A stretch of 63,138 bases of DNA, filler included, from Octopus bimaculoides (GCF_001194135.2; 6 parts of 5 records of this genome joined end to end with filler, not necessarily neighbours in it); one strand, 5' to 3'; shown: positions 51,199-62,833, numbered from the whole stretch's first letter. The notes: generated by a model from the letters alone, not told the origin. A program made the numbers and translations.

Positions 51199-51623
51199 TA
51201 GGTGTGTATATGTTTTGGTCAATAAAACTTGTTGAATACAGTTAATATAGCTGTGTATGCATACACACACACACACACACAGTGTGTGCAATGTACCTGG
51301 AGCAAGGTTGGATATAAAACATCGTAATATGCTCTTTGATAATTATTATTATTTTTATATATTAGAGCAGGGCATTGGTAGACACAATTTGAATTTGGCT
51401 AAATTATCTTGGGGTATATGAGTTACATCTTTTTGCTTTCTGAGTTCAAATCCTGCCTGGGTCAACTTCACTTTTCATCCTTCTGGAACGGATAGTAATA
51501 TAAACTTAACTGTCAAGTCCTGGAGATGATTGAAGTCAATTTGCCTATTCCCTAAAATTCGAGCTGTTGGAAATTAAAATATTTTCATTGGAATTGATCC
51601 ACCTCTCTTATTTTCAGATATTT

Positions 51624-51746
51624 ATTCTTAAACAAGAATTTTGTTGATAGTGACTCTGAAGTTTTGACCAGTTAAACCATCATCAGATGATGGCTTACCT
51701 GGCTGAAATGTTGAAGTTACTGCCAACAATATTCTTGTGTAAGAAT
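51624..51746. repeat. 123-bp palindrome (two 61-bp arms) of hammerhead-like halves, family G
   Basis: By manual alignment the arms match at 46 of 61 positions around a single central base (51685). The minus strand reads CUGAUGA-UGGUUUAACUGGUC-AAAAC-UUCAGA-GUC. Confidence 0.8.
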
Positions 51747-51864
51747 CAGTTTGTACCCTACAGAAGTATAGAGTAACCCATCAGATTGAATTAAATTGTT
51801 TTTATTACAGTTGAACACAAAAACAAACATTTACATCTATATATTTATATATATTTATACAAAC

Positions 51865-52178
51865 TGTGGAGGCACAATGGCCCAGTGGTTAGGGCAGCGG
51901 ACTCGTGGTTGGAGGATCACAGTTTCGATTCCCAGACCGGGCGTTGTGTGTGTTTATTGAGCGAAAACACCTAAAGCTCCATGAGGCTCCGACGGGGTGG
52001 TGGCGACCCCTGTTGTACTCTTTCGCTACAACTTTCTCTCACTCTTTTTTCCTGTTTCTTGAGTAATGCTGCGATGGACTGGCGTCCCGTCCAGCTGGGG
52101 GGAAAACATATTCCATAGAAACCGGGAAACCTAGACCATGAGCCTGGCTAGGCTTTAAAAGGGCACATAAAAAAATAC
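51865..52178 (+). mobile_element. SINE with family D head and body and family C-type tail, 8-bp TSD
   Basis: Head and body as at 28885. The tail GCGATGGACTGGCGTCCCGTCCAG...GAAACCGGGAAACC matches family C. ATACAAAC flanks it at 51857-51864 and 52179-52186. Confidence 0.85.
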
Positions 52179-52639
52179 ATACAAACACACACACATGCAC
52201 TTACATATTTATATCAACACTCACATGCACACACAATTTTCTTTTTGTAAGCAGAATTTGAATTTGGAATAAACTCATACCCTTAAGTTTCTTTTGCAAT
52301 AAATAGAAAATTGTTCTTTCTCTCTCTAACAAAGCATTATTTGAAATTGAATTTTAAACAAAAAAAAACATTTTTTTTTATGCTGATATGTTGTAGTTGT
52401 ACTTTGTATCAAGTATGTTTTCAGCTCAGCATAAGAATCCTCTTCATGCTGTGTATGCACTGAGTATATATGTCACATCTGCTACAAACCATCTGTATTT
52501 CCATTGAGCCTTACAACTCAGTCCATCACCACTCCAGAGAAAACACTGACTCACATATATGATAGAAATTATGTATGCATGCACACGTGTTTGTGTATGC
52601 TTCAACAGTGCATCTTGTGTTGCTCATGCAATTTGATAG

Positions 52640-52784
52640 TTTGGCATTTGGAAGGGCATCCAGCTGTAAAAACCATGCCAAAACAGACAGTGGTGCTTGG
52701 TGTAGTCCTCTGGTCTCCCAGCACCTGTCAAACTGTTCAACCCATCCCATCATGAAAGAAAGACATTAAATTATGATGATGATG
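52640..52784 (+). mobile_element. Retroposon 3' fragment with (GAT)n tail (RTE-type tail family)
   Basis: GGAAGGGCATCCAGCTGTAAAA...GACATTAAATTATGATGATGATG. The same motif is in the opposite orientation at 53555-53640 and 62700-62780. Confidence 0.7.
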
Positions 52785-52964
52785 AAGAAGAAAGTGGAAA
52801 CAGGTGAAGTTATAACAGACCAAACTGTAATAATTATAGATGTTCCTTATCATAAATGGAACTCTGTACTTTATTATAGGTTTCTTGAATAAACATAGTT
52901 TTTAATCCTTGAACCCTGTAAAAAAGTTAGATAAAATACTTAATTTAATTTTTACTATAATATA

Positions 52965-53335
52965 CAGTACAATCTCACAGTACGAGTGCTCCATTGCTGT
53001 AGAAGCTGAGACTCGTGTGAATTTTTGTCTTGAAGTACAAGCGGGAATCCGCAGTACAAGCACAAATCGTCCTATCTTTAAGGTAATTCAGTTAATAAAA
53101 CGAGTTTACATTTTTCTTTTGCGTTCTCTTCTTTATAATTGTCATTTTACTTGTAACTCCACCTTTTCTGTTTTAAAACCCATAGAAAATTATTTTTGAG
53201 TGGTTTTTGGGAGGCTCAAACAGATTAATTATATTTTAGTTAATTTCAATAGGGAAAATTGATTTGTAAAACGAGTAAATCATAAGACGAGCTCGGTCAT
53301 GGAACGAATTAAACTCATACTGCAAGCTATCACTG
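52965..53335. mobile_element. Tigger/pogo-type MITE
   Basis: TA|CAGTACAATCTCACAGTACGAGT ... ACTCATACTGCAAGCTATCACTG|TA: imperfect 23-bp TIRs with a TA TSD. Confidence 0.75.
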
Positions 53336-53838
53336 TATATATAATATATATATATATGTAACATAAATAATATATAAATATATGCATATATCCATACATA
53401 TATGTACATACCTATATCTATATGTATACATACATGCATATATTAGTTTGGTCCATAACAACAGATCAGGCAAAATATATTTTGCTAGTTATTGATTAAA
53501 TTTACTGACATTCAGAGTTTTGACTTTGAATTCTCTGGTCTGAGTGGACTGACCATGTTTCTACAGCTGGATGCCCTTCCTAATGCCAACCACTCTCAGA
53601 GTGTACTGGGTGCTTTTTATGTGCCACTGGCAATGACCCACACATGAATATATATATATATATATATATAAAACATATACTTGTTTGGTCCATAACCACA
53701 AATTGGTCAAGATATATTTTGCTAGACTCAGAGTTATTGATTAACCTTACTGGCATTCAGAGATCTGACTTGGAATTCTCTGATCTGGTTGGACTGGCCA
53801 TGTTTCTATAGACTCACCTCTCCACTAACAATATTATG

Positions 53839-53871
<33 letters not shown>

Positions 53872-54400
53872 ATACTTTATCAACATTTCTGAAGCAGATT
53901 GCAAAAGGTGTCAAAAAAAAAATCATAATTATTTTTTATTTTTTCCATTCCACTTTTTGGGTGCAGCTTGTTTCATTGATGAAGTGGTTAATTAATCACT
54001 GCTTATAAAATTCAAGTTCTATTGAATTAACATGATGAAATCAAATGACTTTTCATAGCTTGTTTGTTTTTTGTTTTGTTTTCTTATCTTCAAAAAAAAA
54101 AAAATTAATATATACAACCAAAAATAAGATGGAAACACGGCTGTCTACATGATTTGTGGAAGATCCTTCATTTGTTTGAGAACTTTTGCTATTTGTACTA
54201 CTTTTGGTCTTTTACTCCTAACAGCCAGTGGACTGTGCCATCTGGGAGACTACCTCAGCTAAAAAAAAAAAAAAAAAAAAAAAAAGCAATGAACAAAGGA
54301 AAAAAAACATTTTGCTATAATTTCTATGTTTGTACTTTCATACTTGTAATTATGGTAATTTAACAATTTTTTTCCTTATTCTCTTTTACAATATTATTAT

Positions 54401-54610
54401 AGTGGATTGGTGGAAATGTTAGTGTTGTACAAATTTCTTAGTAGGATTTGTTCCAGCGCTTTACTTTCTGAGTTCAAATCCTGCCAAGGTCAACTTTGCC
54501 TTTCATCCCTCTGGGATCAATAAAAATAAAGTATCAGTCAAATACTGGAGTCAATTTGATTCTCCTCCACAAAATTTCAGGCCTTGTGCCTGTATTAGAA
54601 ACATTATTAA
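54401..54610 (+). mobile_element. SINE family A, CpG-decayed
   Basis: GAGTTCAAATCCTGCCAAGGTCAACTTTGCCTTTCATCC...GGCCTTGTGCCTGTATTAGAAACATTATTA. Confidence 0.8.
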
Positions 54611-55589
54611 AAGAGTTGGAGGCGAGTGAGTCTGCAGAGAACTAAATGATGCGATGTGAGTTTTATTCCTTCCCATCGTTATCCTAGCTTTCATTTTATT
54701 AAAATAAGTAAACAAGGAGGATGATATCAATTTGATTCAGTATAAACTCTTACCTCTATCCACTTCTTAAGCTATTACAACAGTGTGAGAAATCACAATT
54801 CTTTTCTTTTGACGAGTTTTTATTATCTATCTTCTCAGATATGCCAATACTAACTCAACACCAGCCCTTATTGTGGTTATTTAAACACACACATACACAC
54901 ACACACATTTTAACCATTTGTAATATTTTGCTTAAAATTTCTCTAAAGAAACAAATTTTTTTTCATAGAATATTTATGTAGCAAAATTGACAAAGGTGGG
55001 TTAGGGATTTAGAGGTGAAATTTTATGTGCTAAAAGTTAAGACATGTGTGTATACATTCATATATATATATATATGTATATATATATAAAGGTATTTGTT
55101 TTGATCAATCAAAACAAATATATAAAGGTATTTGTTTTGATTGCTGAATATAATACAAATAGCAGTTTGATTGATTAGTAGAATAATTTACTGTCAGTTG
55201 TTAACAAATAGAAAATTTAATGACTAACATTTGGTGAAGACTCTTAGTCTGTTGAAGACTTCAGAATACAGTATTTACATATGTGTTTCTGTGTATATAT
55301 GCATATATATATATTGTGTAGTTATATAAACTTAGATTGAGAGTACAATAAGTTTTTACTAAAATCAACAATTCAGTGATGAAATGATAAAATTAACATA
55401 CATTGAATACTTCCATACAAACTCTTGTTTGAAGAAGTCCACAATGTATCTACTCTTCCCAGCTACCTCGTATATATATATATATATNNNNNNNNNNNNN
55501 NNNNNNNNNNNNNNNNNNNNNNNNNNNNNNNTTAATTAATTAANNNNNNNNNNNNNNNNNNNNNNNNNNNNNNNNNNNNNNNNNNNNTA

Positions 55590-55884
55590 TATACATACAC
55601 ACACCATTAAAGTAAAAGTATCTGTCATTACAGTATCGAAATGTGATTGTTTCAGTTAGTGGAATAGTTTCATTTTTAAAGTGAAAGTATTTAACATGAG
55701 TGTTTTTGTTTCACTTTTAACACATAATACTTAAATAGTGGAGGAGATATGATGTTGCTGTGGGCTCGAACTATGCAAGAAGTTAAAAATTGTTTTTGAC
55801 TAAAACACAACCAGAACCCTAAGTAAGACATGTGTAAAATTTGAATGAAATTGGTTGTGTAGTTCTCAAGTTTTAGGGAAACAC

Positions 55885-55943
<59 letters not shown>

Positions 55944-55969
55944 CACTTTCTCATTTTTATATATATAGA
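55590..55969 (-). mobile_element. Non-autonomous Helitron-like element, 5' part
   Basis: The minus strand begins A|TCTATATATATAAAAATGAG, then (TGTC)n, then GAGAACTACACAACCAATTTCATTCAAATT. This is the TC-start plus microsatellite layout of animal non-autonomous Helitrons. Confidence 0.65.
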
Positions 55970-56039
55970 TTATTGGATATATAATATAATGAAGCAGGGG
56001 GAAAGAAAGTATATGCATGACACACATTAATATTACACA

Positions 56040-56375
56040 AGATTCAACGCTCTGTATCATGGTTCACACTGGACTGCTTACCATCGTGAAGTTCCAATTG
56101 CTCTCAGTTCTTTAATTCAGTCCACCTTTAGTCGCTTGGGAGATGGTCAAAATCCTTCCACAACATCTCCCTTTTTTAGAATTAGTCTCCCCTATCTTCC
56201 CCCCCCCTTTTGAGAATTGAACTCTGCTCTAAGTTTTAATATCTCTTATATTTAGGGTTCAGTTTCAGTGTTTCCGTTCTTTTCTGTTTTCTGGTGCTAG
56301 AATGTGTAGATTGAAATTGTATGGGTGTTGGTAGCTACCGAGCCCCATGCCGTCAAGAATGATGGCTAATTGTAG
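56040..56375 (+). mobile_element. Helitron-like 3' end
   Basis: The hairpin GCCGTCA-AGAA-TGATGGC (56349-56366) is followed by TAATT-GTAG|T, a CTAG variant. The 5' limit is uncertain. Confidence 0.45.
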
Positions 56376-56410
56376 TATTTTATATATAAATAAGGTACAA
56401 AACCAAGTTT

Positions 56411-56600
56411 TTAGTTTGATAATTCATTTATTACCAAATTTTTTGTGAAAAATCTATCTGCAATTAACATCCCTTGACTGCTTGTTTCCTTCAAAAGAAT
56501 TTTAAAGTTTTCCTTCCTTCTTGTACAACTTAAGGCCACATGAAGCTGGCCATGGCTAAATACAGGAGCTGGCAAGTAAATACCAACTTTTTCAAAGTGA
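56411..56600 (-). pseudogene. Helitron RepHel PIF1-helicase C-terminal fragment
   Basis: FEKVGIYLPAPVFSHGQLHVALS...FTKNLVINELSN* matches the conserved PIF1/Helitron C-terminal motif. Confidence 0.85.
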
Positions 56601-57908
56601 TGTATCCTTTCAGTCGCACTCTCCCTTACTGTTATGTCCTGCATTATGACGGTGTATTACGTCATCTTTGCGGGACTGGCCCAAACAGCGTACCTTGCTG
56701 ACTGACATTACTGACTGTGTCAGTCCACTATTTATTAGTAGTGGACCACTTCTCACCTGGGGGCGCCCTCCACCCCCCCCCCCTTTGAGATTTTTTTTTG
56801 ACACAACATTTAAAAATTTTTTTTCATTACTTTTTCTTCAAACCAAAATTATTTTTCTTATTTAGATTTTTTCTTGCTCCACACAGAATTATATATATAT
56901 ATATATTATATATATATATATGTGAATTTTTATGGTTTTTTTTAGATTTTTATATTTGGATATTTTAAATTAACCTTNNNNNNNNNNNNNNNNNNNNNNN
57001 NNNNNNNNNNNNNNNNNNNNNNNNNNNNNNNNNNNNNNNNNNNNNNNNNNNNNNNNNNNNNNNNNNNNNNNNNNNNNNNNNNNNNNNNNNNNNNNNNNNN
57101 NNNNNNNNNNNNNNNNNNNNNNNNNNNNNNNNNNNNNNNNNNNNNNNNNNNNNNNNNNNNNNNNNNNNNNNNNNNNNNNNNNNNNNNNNNNNNNNNNNNN
57201 NNNNNNNNNNNNNNNNNNNNNNNNNNNNNNNNNNNNNNNNNNNNNNNNNNNNNNNNNNNNNNNNNNNNNNNNNNNNNNNNNNNNNNNNNNNNNNNNNNNN
57301 NNNNNNNNNNNNNNNNNNNNNNNNNNNNNNNNNNNNNNNNNNNNNNNNNNNNNNNNNNNNNNNNNNNNNNNNNNNNNNNNNNNNNNNNNNNNNNNNNNNN
57401 NNNNNNNNNNNNNNNNNNNNNNNNNNNNNNNNNNNNNNNNNNNNNNNNNNNNNNNNNNNNNNNNNNNNNNNNNNNNNNNNNNNNNNNNNNNNNNNNNNNN
57501 NNNNNNNNNNNNNNNNNNNNNNNNNNNNNNNNNNNNNNNNNNNNNNNNNNNNNNNNNNNNNNNNNNNNNNNNNNNNNNNNNNNNNNNNNNNNNNNNNNNN
57601 NNNNNNNNNNNNNNNNNNNNNNNNNNNNNNNNNNNNNNNNNNNNNNNNNNNNNNNNNNNNNNNNNNNNNNNNNNNNNNNNNNNNNNNNNNNNNNNNNNNN
57701 NNNNNNNNNNNNNNNNNNNNNNNNNNNNNNNNNNNNNNNNNNNNNNNNNNNNNNNNNNNNNNNNNNNNNNNNNNNNNNNNNNNNNNNNNNNNNNNNNNNN
57801 NNNNNNNNNNNCAATACCGGATATCTCTCCTCTCCCATTCCCACCCCCACCACCAATACCTGATATCTCTCTTCTCCCACCACCATTACTGGATATCTTT
57901 CTTCTCTC

Positions 57909-58340
57909 ACCAGAAACCTCCTCCCTCAGTCGTGGTATCCTCTATTCATACCTGCAATTTCCTCCTCCTCCCCCTCTCCCAGGACAAATGCAACTAGTTT
58001 AGCTGCCCACCTATTTAATCAGATATCTTTCGTTTTGACTTGAAGTTTGTCAACAAATTACTCGGTAATTTCAAGGGACGTATTGAAGTGGAAAGAGAGA
58101 GCTAATGGGCTGTATGTGCGTGCTTGTTCCTGTGTGTGCATGCGTGCTTGTGCTTGTCTTGTGTGTATGTGCGCGCACATGCTTGTTCTGTGTGTGTGTA
58201 TGTGTGGGCATGCTTGTTCTTCTCTTCTCTCACCAGAAACTCGCACCCTCACTGATGGTATCCTCTATCATACCTGCAACTTCCTCTCCCTCTCTCTCCC
58301 ATGACAAATGCAACTAGTTTAGCTGCCCACCTACTTAATC
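57909..58340. repeat. Two diverged direct repeats of about 110 bp
   Basis: 57909-58020 and 58232-58340 share ACCAGAAAC...GGTATCCTCTAT...GACAAATGCAACTAGTTTAGCTGCCCACCTA.TTAATC. Confidence 0.85.
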
Positions 58341-58399
58341 TAACATTGGCATATTGATATTCATATTCTCCTTTATATTTATTTATTTACTTATAACTG

Positions 58400-61300
58400 C
58401 AACACCAGTAATGCTTAAATTTACAATTTTACGATGCCTGTAATGATTATGCTTACAACACCACTAACACCTACTCCTACCCACAGTATGGGCAAGAATC
58501 TTAGCACCCTTGAAAGTTTGAATGATGACTGGTCAAAGGTGAGAACAAGTGTAGCATGTCTATGAAACAAACATGAAAACCTTCTTTTCAGGCACTGAAT
58601 AACATCTTCCCTCTTCATGCCTCCTCCCACATTCCTCTCCCAATTTTTAGAGTTGGCACTGTCAATGTAGGCACACTGAAAGGTAGCTCTAGTGAGATTG
58701 TAGAGATGCTTGAATGGAGACGTGTTGATGTATGCTGCATACAAGAGGTAAGGTGGAGAGGAGCTTCAGCCAGGGTTCTCACAGGCAAAGCACATTGGTA
58801 TAACATTTTCTGGGAAGGTAACAGTGATGGAGTAAGGGGTGTAGGCATACTTCTTGCAGAGAAATGGGTGGATGAGGTTATAGATGTTGTCAGAGTATGC
58901 GATAGAGTGCTTAAGTTCAGGCTAGTCTTGCAGAATAGTATAGCTACAATTATCTCTGCCTATGCCCCACAAGTGGGCCTACCAAACAATCAGAAGGACC
59001 ACTTTTATGATAGCCTTCTACAAGCTACATAAAAGACAAGTGGCAATGACCTCATTTTTGCAGCTGGAGATTTTAATGGCATGTTGGACAGCAATCTGGT
59101 ATCTTCCATGGTGTTCACGGAGGCCATGGAATTGGTTTCTGAAATGAAGAGGGAACTAGGCTACTGGAGTTATGCGATGCATGCAACCTATTAATCTGCA
59201 ACACTAACTTCAGGAAGCCAGACACCCATGTGATAACCTATCAATCAGGCGATTCTCCTAGCCTGATCGATCTCATCCTCACCAGACAGCGGGATGCAAG
59301 GTTGCTCTTAAATTCTTCCCTGGTGAAGAATGTATCCCCCAGCATAGACTAGTTATTAGTGACTTTAGACTTGAGGCCAGAAGGATGCCAAGAAGCAGAC
59401 CAATCCAGAAAAGAAGGATTAGGAAGCTAAAGAACCCTTCACATGGTTATAGATTTAGGGATTTGATGAGAGGGAGGAGGAGCTACAGACTTCGGACATA
59501 GAGGGTAACTGGAAATTCCTACAGGACAACTTACTGAGCACCACAGACCAAATCTGCAGCTGGTGCAAAGTCTCTTCCAGACCTAGAGTAACATGGTAGT
59601 GGAATAATACAGTAGACAGGGCCATTAGAGCAAAGAACCAGGCCTGGAAAACCTGGAAGAGTGGGGGTAGCAGGGAACTGCGCGACAGGTATACATAGCC
59701 AAGAGAAAAGCAGAAAAGAAGTTTGCCAATGTCCAGCAATGTGAGGACCAAAGAACTGAAGTATTTCGAATTGCATGACAGTGTGTGAGAGAAAATTGTT
59801 ATGTTACAGGAGAGGAATGTGTCCACATGGATGATGATGCACTTGCTTTTTAATGATTCTGCAAAGGAAGTGCCTTGGAGAAGCCATTATGAAAGGCCAC
59901 TGAATGTGGAGAATGAATGGAAGGAAGAGAGTCTGCCAAATGCTGACCCAGTAGAGGGACCATCTACCTGAATAGATAGCGCCTTTGTAGATAAAGCAAT
60001 TAAAGATATGAAGTTAGGAAAAGTCCCCAGCCCATCAGGAATCACTGCTGAGATGCTTAAAATATCTGGTGGTGTGGGTTATGGTCTAGTCACACATATT
60101 TTAAACTAGGGAGTTCATGAAGGAGTGATACCCAATGACTGGTATAGCAGCACCATAGCCAACTACTACAAAGGTAAAGGTGATGCTTTAGACAGAAATA
60201 CAAGGGTGAGTCAAAAAGTAATGTCATTTTGTTTAGGACAGGTATAATTACCAACACAGGAACATGTATCATACATCAAAATGAAGCTGGTCCTTTGTGG
60301 ATCACATACGTACTTCTCAACATAGTTACCATTTCTCTCAATAGCAATGTTCCACTTTCAAATGAGACCATGTATCCCTGTCTCGTAAAATTTTGTTGAC
60401 TGTTCTTTGAGCCACTTCTTCACTGCAGTTTTCATTTCCTCATCACTGGAATAGTTTTCCTCTCAAACCCGCTTCCGTGGTGCCAAAGAGATGATAATCT
60501 GAAGGCATTAAATCTGTTGAGTATGGAGGTAGTGAAGAAGTGGCTCAAAGGACAGTCAACAGAATTTTACGGGGTAGGGATACATGCTCTCATTTGAAGG
60601 TGGAACATTGCTATTGAGAGAAACAGTAACTATTTTGAGAAGTAGGGATGCGATCCACAGAAGACCAGCTTCATTCTGATGTATGATACATGTTCCTGTG
60701 TTGGTAATTATACCTGTCCTAAACAAAATGGCATTACTTTTTGACTCACCCATGTAATTACAGAGGTACGAAACTGCTGGATCAGGTGATGAAGGTCACA
60801 GAGAGGGTCATAGCCCAATTAATTAGTGAGAAAGCCTGCTGAGATGAGATGCAGTTTGGTTTTGTGCCAGGTAGAAGCACCACTGATGCTATATTCCTGG
60901 TAAGGCAACTGCAGGAGAAATACCTAGCCAAAGATAAACCCCTATACTTGGCTTTTGTTGACTTGGAGAAAGCCTTTGACAGGGTCCCCTGATCCCTTAT
61001 CTGGTGGGCGATGCAGAAACTGGGGCTTGGCAAGTGGTTCATAAGAGCTGTACAGGCCCTGTACAGTGATGCTGTTAGTAAGGTAAGGGTTGGCAATGAG
61101 TATAGTGAAGAATTCTGGGTAGCAGTAGGGGTTCACCAAGGATCAGCCCTCAGCCCCCTCTTATTCGTTATAGTCCTCCAGGCAATAACAGATAAATTCA
61201 AGACAGGTTGCTCCTGCAAGCTCCTCTATGCTGATGACCTTGCTCTGATAACAGAATCACTACCAGAACTAGAGAAGAAATTTCAGGTGTGGAAGCAAGG

Positions 61301-62574
61301 TTTAGAATTGAAGGGCCTTAGAATCAGTGTTGCAAAAACCAAAGTCCTAGAAAGTAGGAAGATGAACACATCACAAACCCCTTCAGGTACATGGCCCTGC
61401 TCGATCTGTAGAAAAGATGTAGGTAGAAACTGCATAAGATGTACCCAGTGTAAGTTATGGACGCATAAGGGGTGTAGCAACATCAAAGGAAGGTTAACCG
61501 GGATGATAGCTTTTGTGTGCGGCAGATGCATTGGGGCAATAAATACCACAGATGTTCAGAAAACAGATTCCATCACATGCCAGGCGGAGAAACTAGAAGT
61601 AGCTGATAGCTTCCGCTACCTAGGTGACCAAGTCTGTAGTGGGGGTGGATGCTCAGAAAGTGTTATCACTAGAATAAGAATAACCTGGGCAAAGTTCAGA
61701 AAGCTTCTACCCCTACTGGTGACAAAGGGCCTCTCGCTCAGAGTGAAAAGTAGATTGTATGATGCATGTGTGTGAACTGCCATGCTTCACAGCAGTGAAG
61801 CATGGGCCATGACTGCTGAAGACATGTGTAAGCTTGAAGGAAATGAAGCTAGCATGATCTGCTGGATGTGTAGTATCAGTGTGCACACATGACAGAGTGT
61901 AAGCTCCCTGAGAGAAATGTTGGACATAAGAAGCATCAGATGTGGTGTGCAAGAGAGATAATTGCACTGGTATGGTCATGTGCTGCATATGGATGAGGAG
62001 AGCTGTGTGAAGAAGTGTCACTCCCTAAATATGGAAGGAACCTGTGGAAGAGGGAGACTCAGGAAGACATGGGATGAGGCAGTGAAGCATGACCTTCAAA
62101 CATTGGGCCTCACAGAGGTAATGATGAAAGACCAAGACCTCTGGAGATATGCTGTGATTGAGATAACCTAGCAAGTAAAGTGAGATCACAGCTGTAGCCT
62201 ATACCAGTGTCTCATAACCAGCCCATTTAAAAAGTACCTTTGAATCGTCGAGTGACACGCTGTGCTAGAAGAAACCTATTGAATCAAGTAAAATCAAAAT
62301 CAAAAATCAAATCACATTCAAATGGAAATTGTAGTGGTGGCCGATGCCAGTGCTGCCTGACTGGCTCTCGTGCTGGTGGCATGCAATAAGTACCATTCAT
62401 GCATGGGTCGTTTCCAGTACCACCTGACAGGCTCCCCGTGCTGGTAGCACGTAAAAAGCACCATCTGAATGTGGTTGAGCCAGCAACCCACCCCGACTGG
62501 CTCCTGTGCTGGTAGCACTTAAAAAAGTACCGTTCAATGCCAGTGGAAACGGACATTAAACGATGATGATGATA
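58400..62574 (+). mobile_element. Near-full-length RTE-clade LINE, pseudogenised (APE, RT with embedded PHD finger, 3' UTR, (GAT)n tail)
   Basis: APE motifs GTVNVGTLKG, CIQEVRW, ISAYAPQ and AGDFNG (from about 58650). RT motifs MQFGFVPG, FVDLEKAFDRV, GVHQGSALSPLLF, YADD (61227-61238) and FRYLG (61611-61625). It ends GGACATTAAACGATGATGATGAT. The 5' limit is approximate. Confidence 0.95.
60201..60754. mobile_element. Mariner-derived fold-back MITE nested in the RTE LINE
   Basis: 224-bp inverted arms (60201-60424 and 60531-60754) with a TA TSD. The minus strand encodes PPYSTDLMPSDYHLFG (YSPDLAPSD motif). Confidence 0.95.
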
Positions 62575-62593
62575 ACATATATATATATATATA

Positions 62594-62800
62594 TCATCAT
62601 CATCACCATCATCATTATTGTTTAAAGTCCGTTTTCATGGGTTGGATGGTTTGATTGAGGTCTGGAATGCTAGTGGCTGCACCAGGCTTCAATCTGATCT
62701 GGCAATGTTTCTACAGCTGGATGCCCTTCTTAACACCAACCATGAGACTGTAGTGGGTGCTTTTTATGTGCCACTGGTACAGGAACCAGGCAGGGGCTCT
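62594..62800 (-). mobile_element. Retroposon 3' fragment with (GAT)n tail
   Basis: Reverse complement of the 52640 family. It lies tail-to-tail with the RTE LINE across a (TA)n tract. Confidence 0.7.
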
Positions 62801-62833
62801 GGCATCGATTACATTTGGATAATGCTTTCTATC

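Noticed and set aside
53445-53815. Diverged direct duplication of about 125 bp
   Set aside because: An ordinary local duplication of a retroposon fragment with no further structure.
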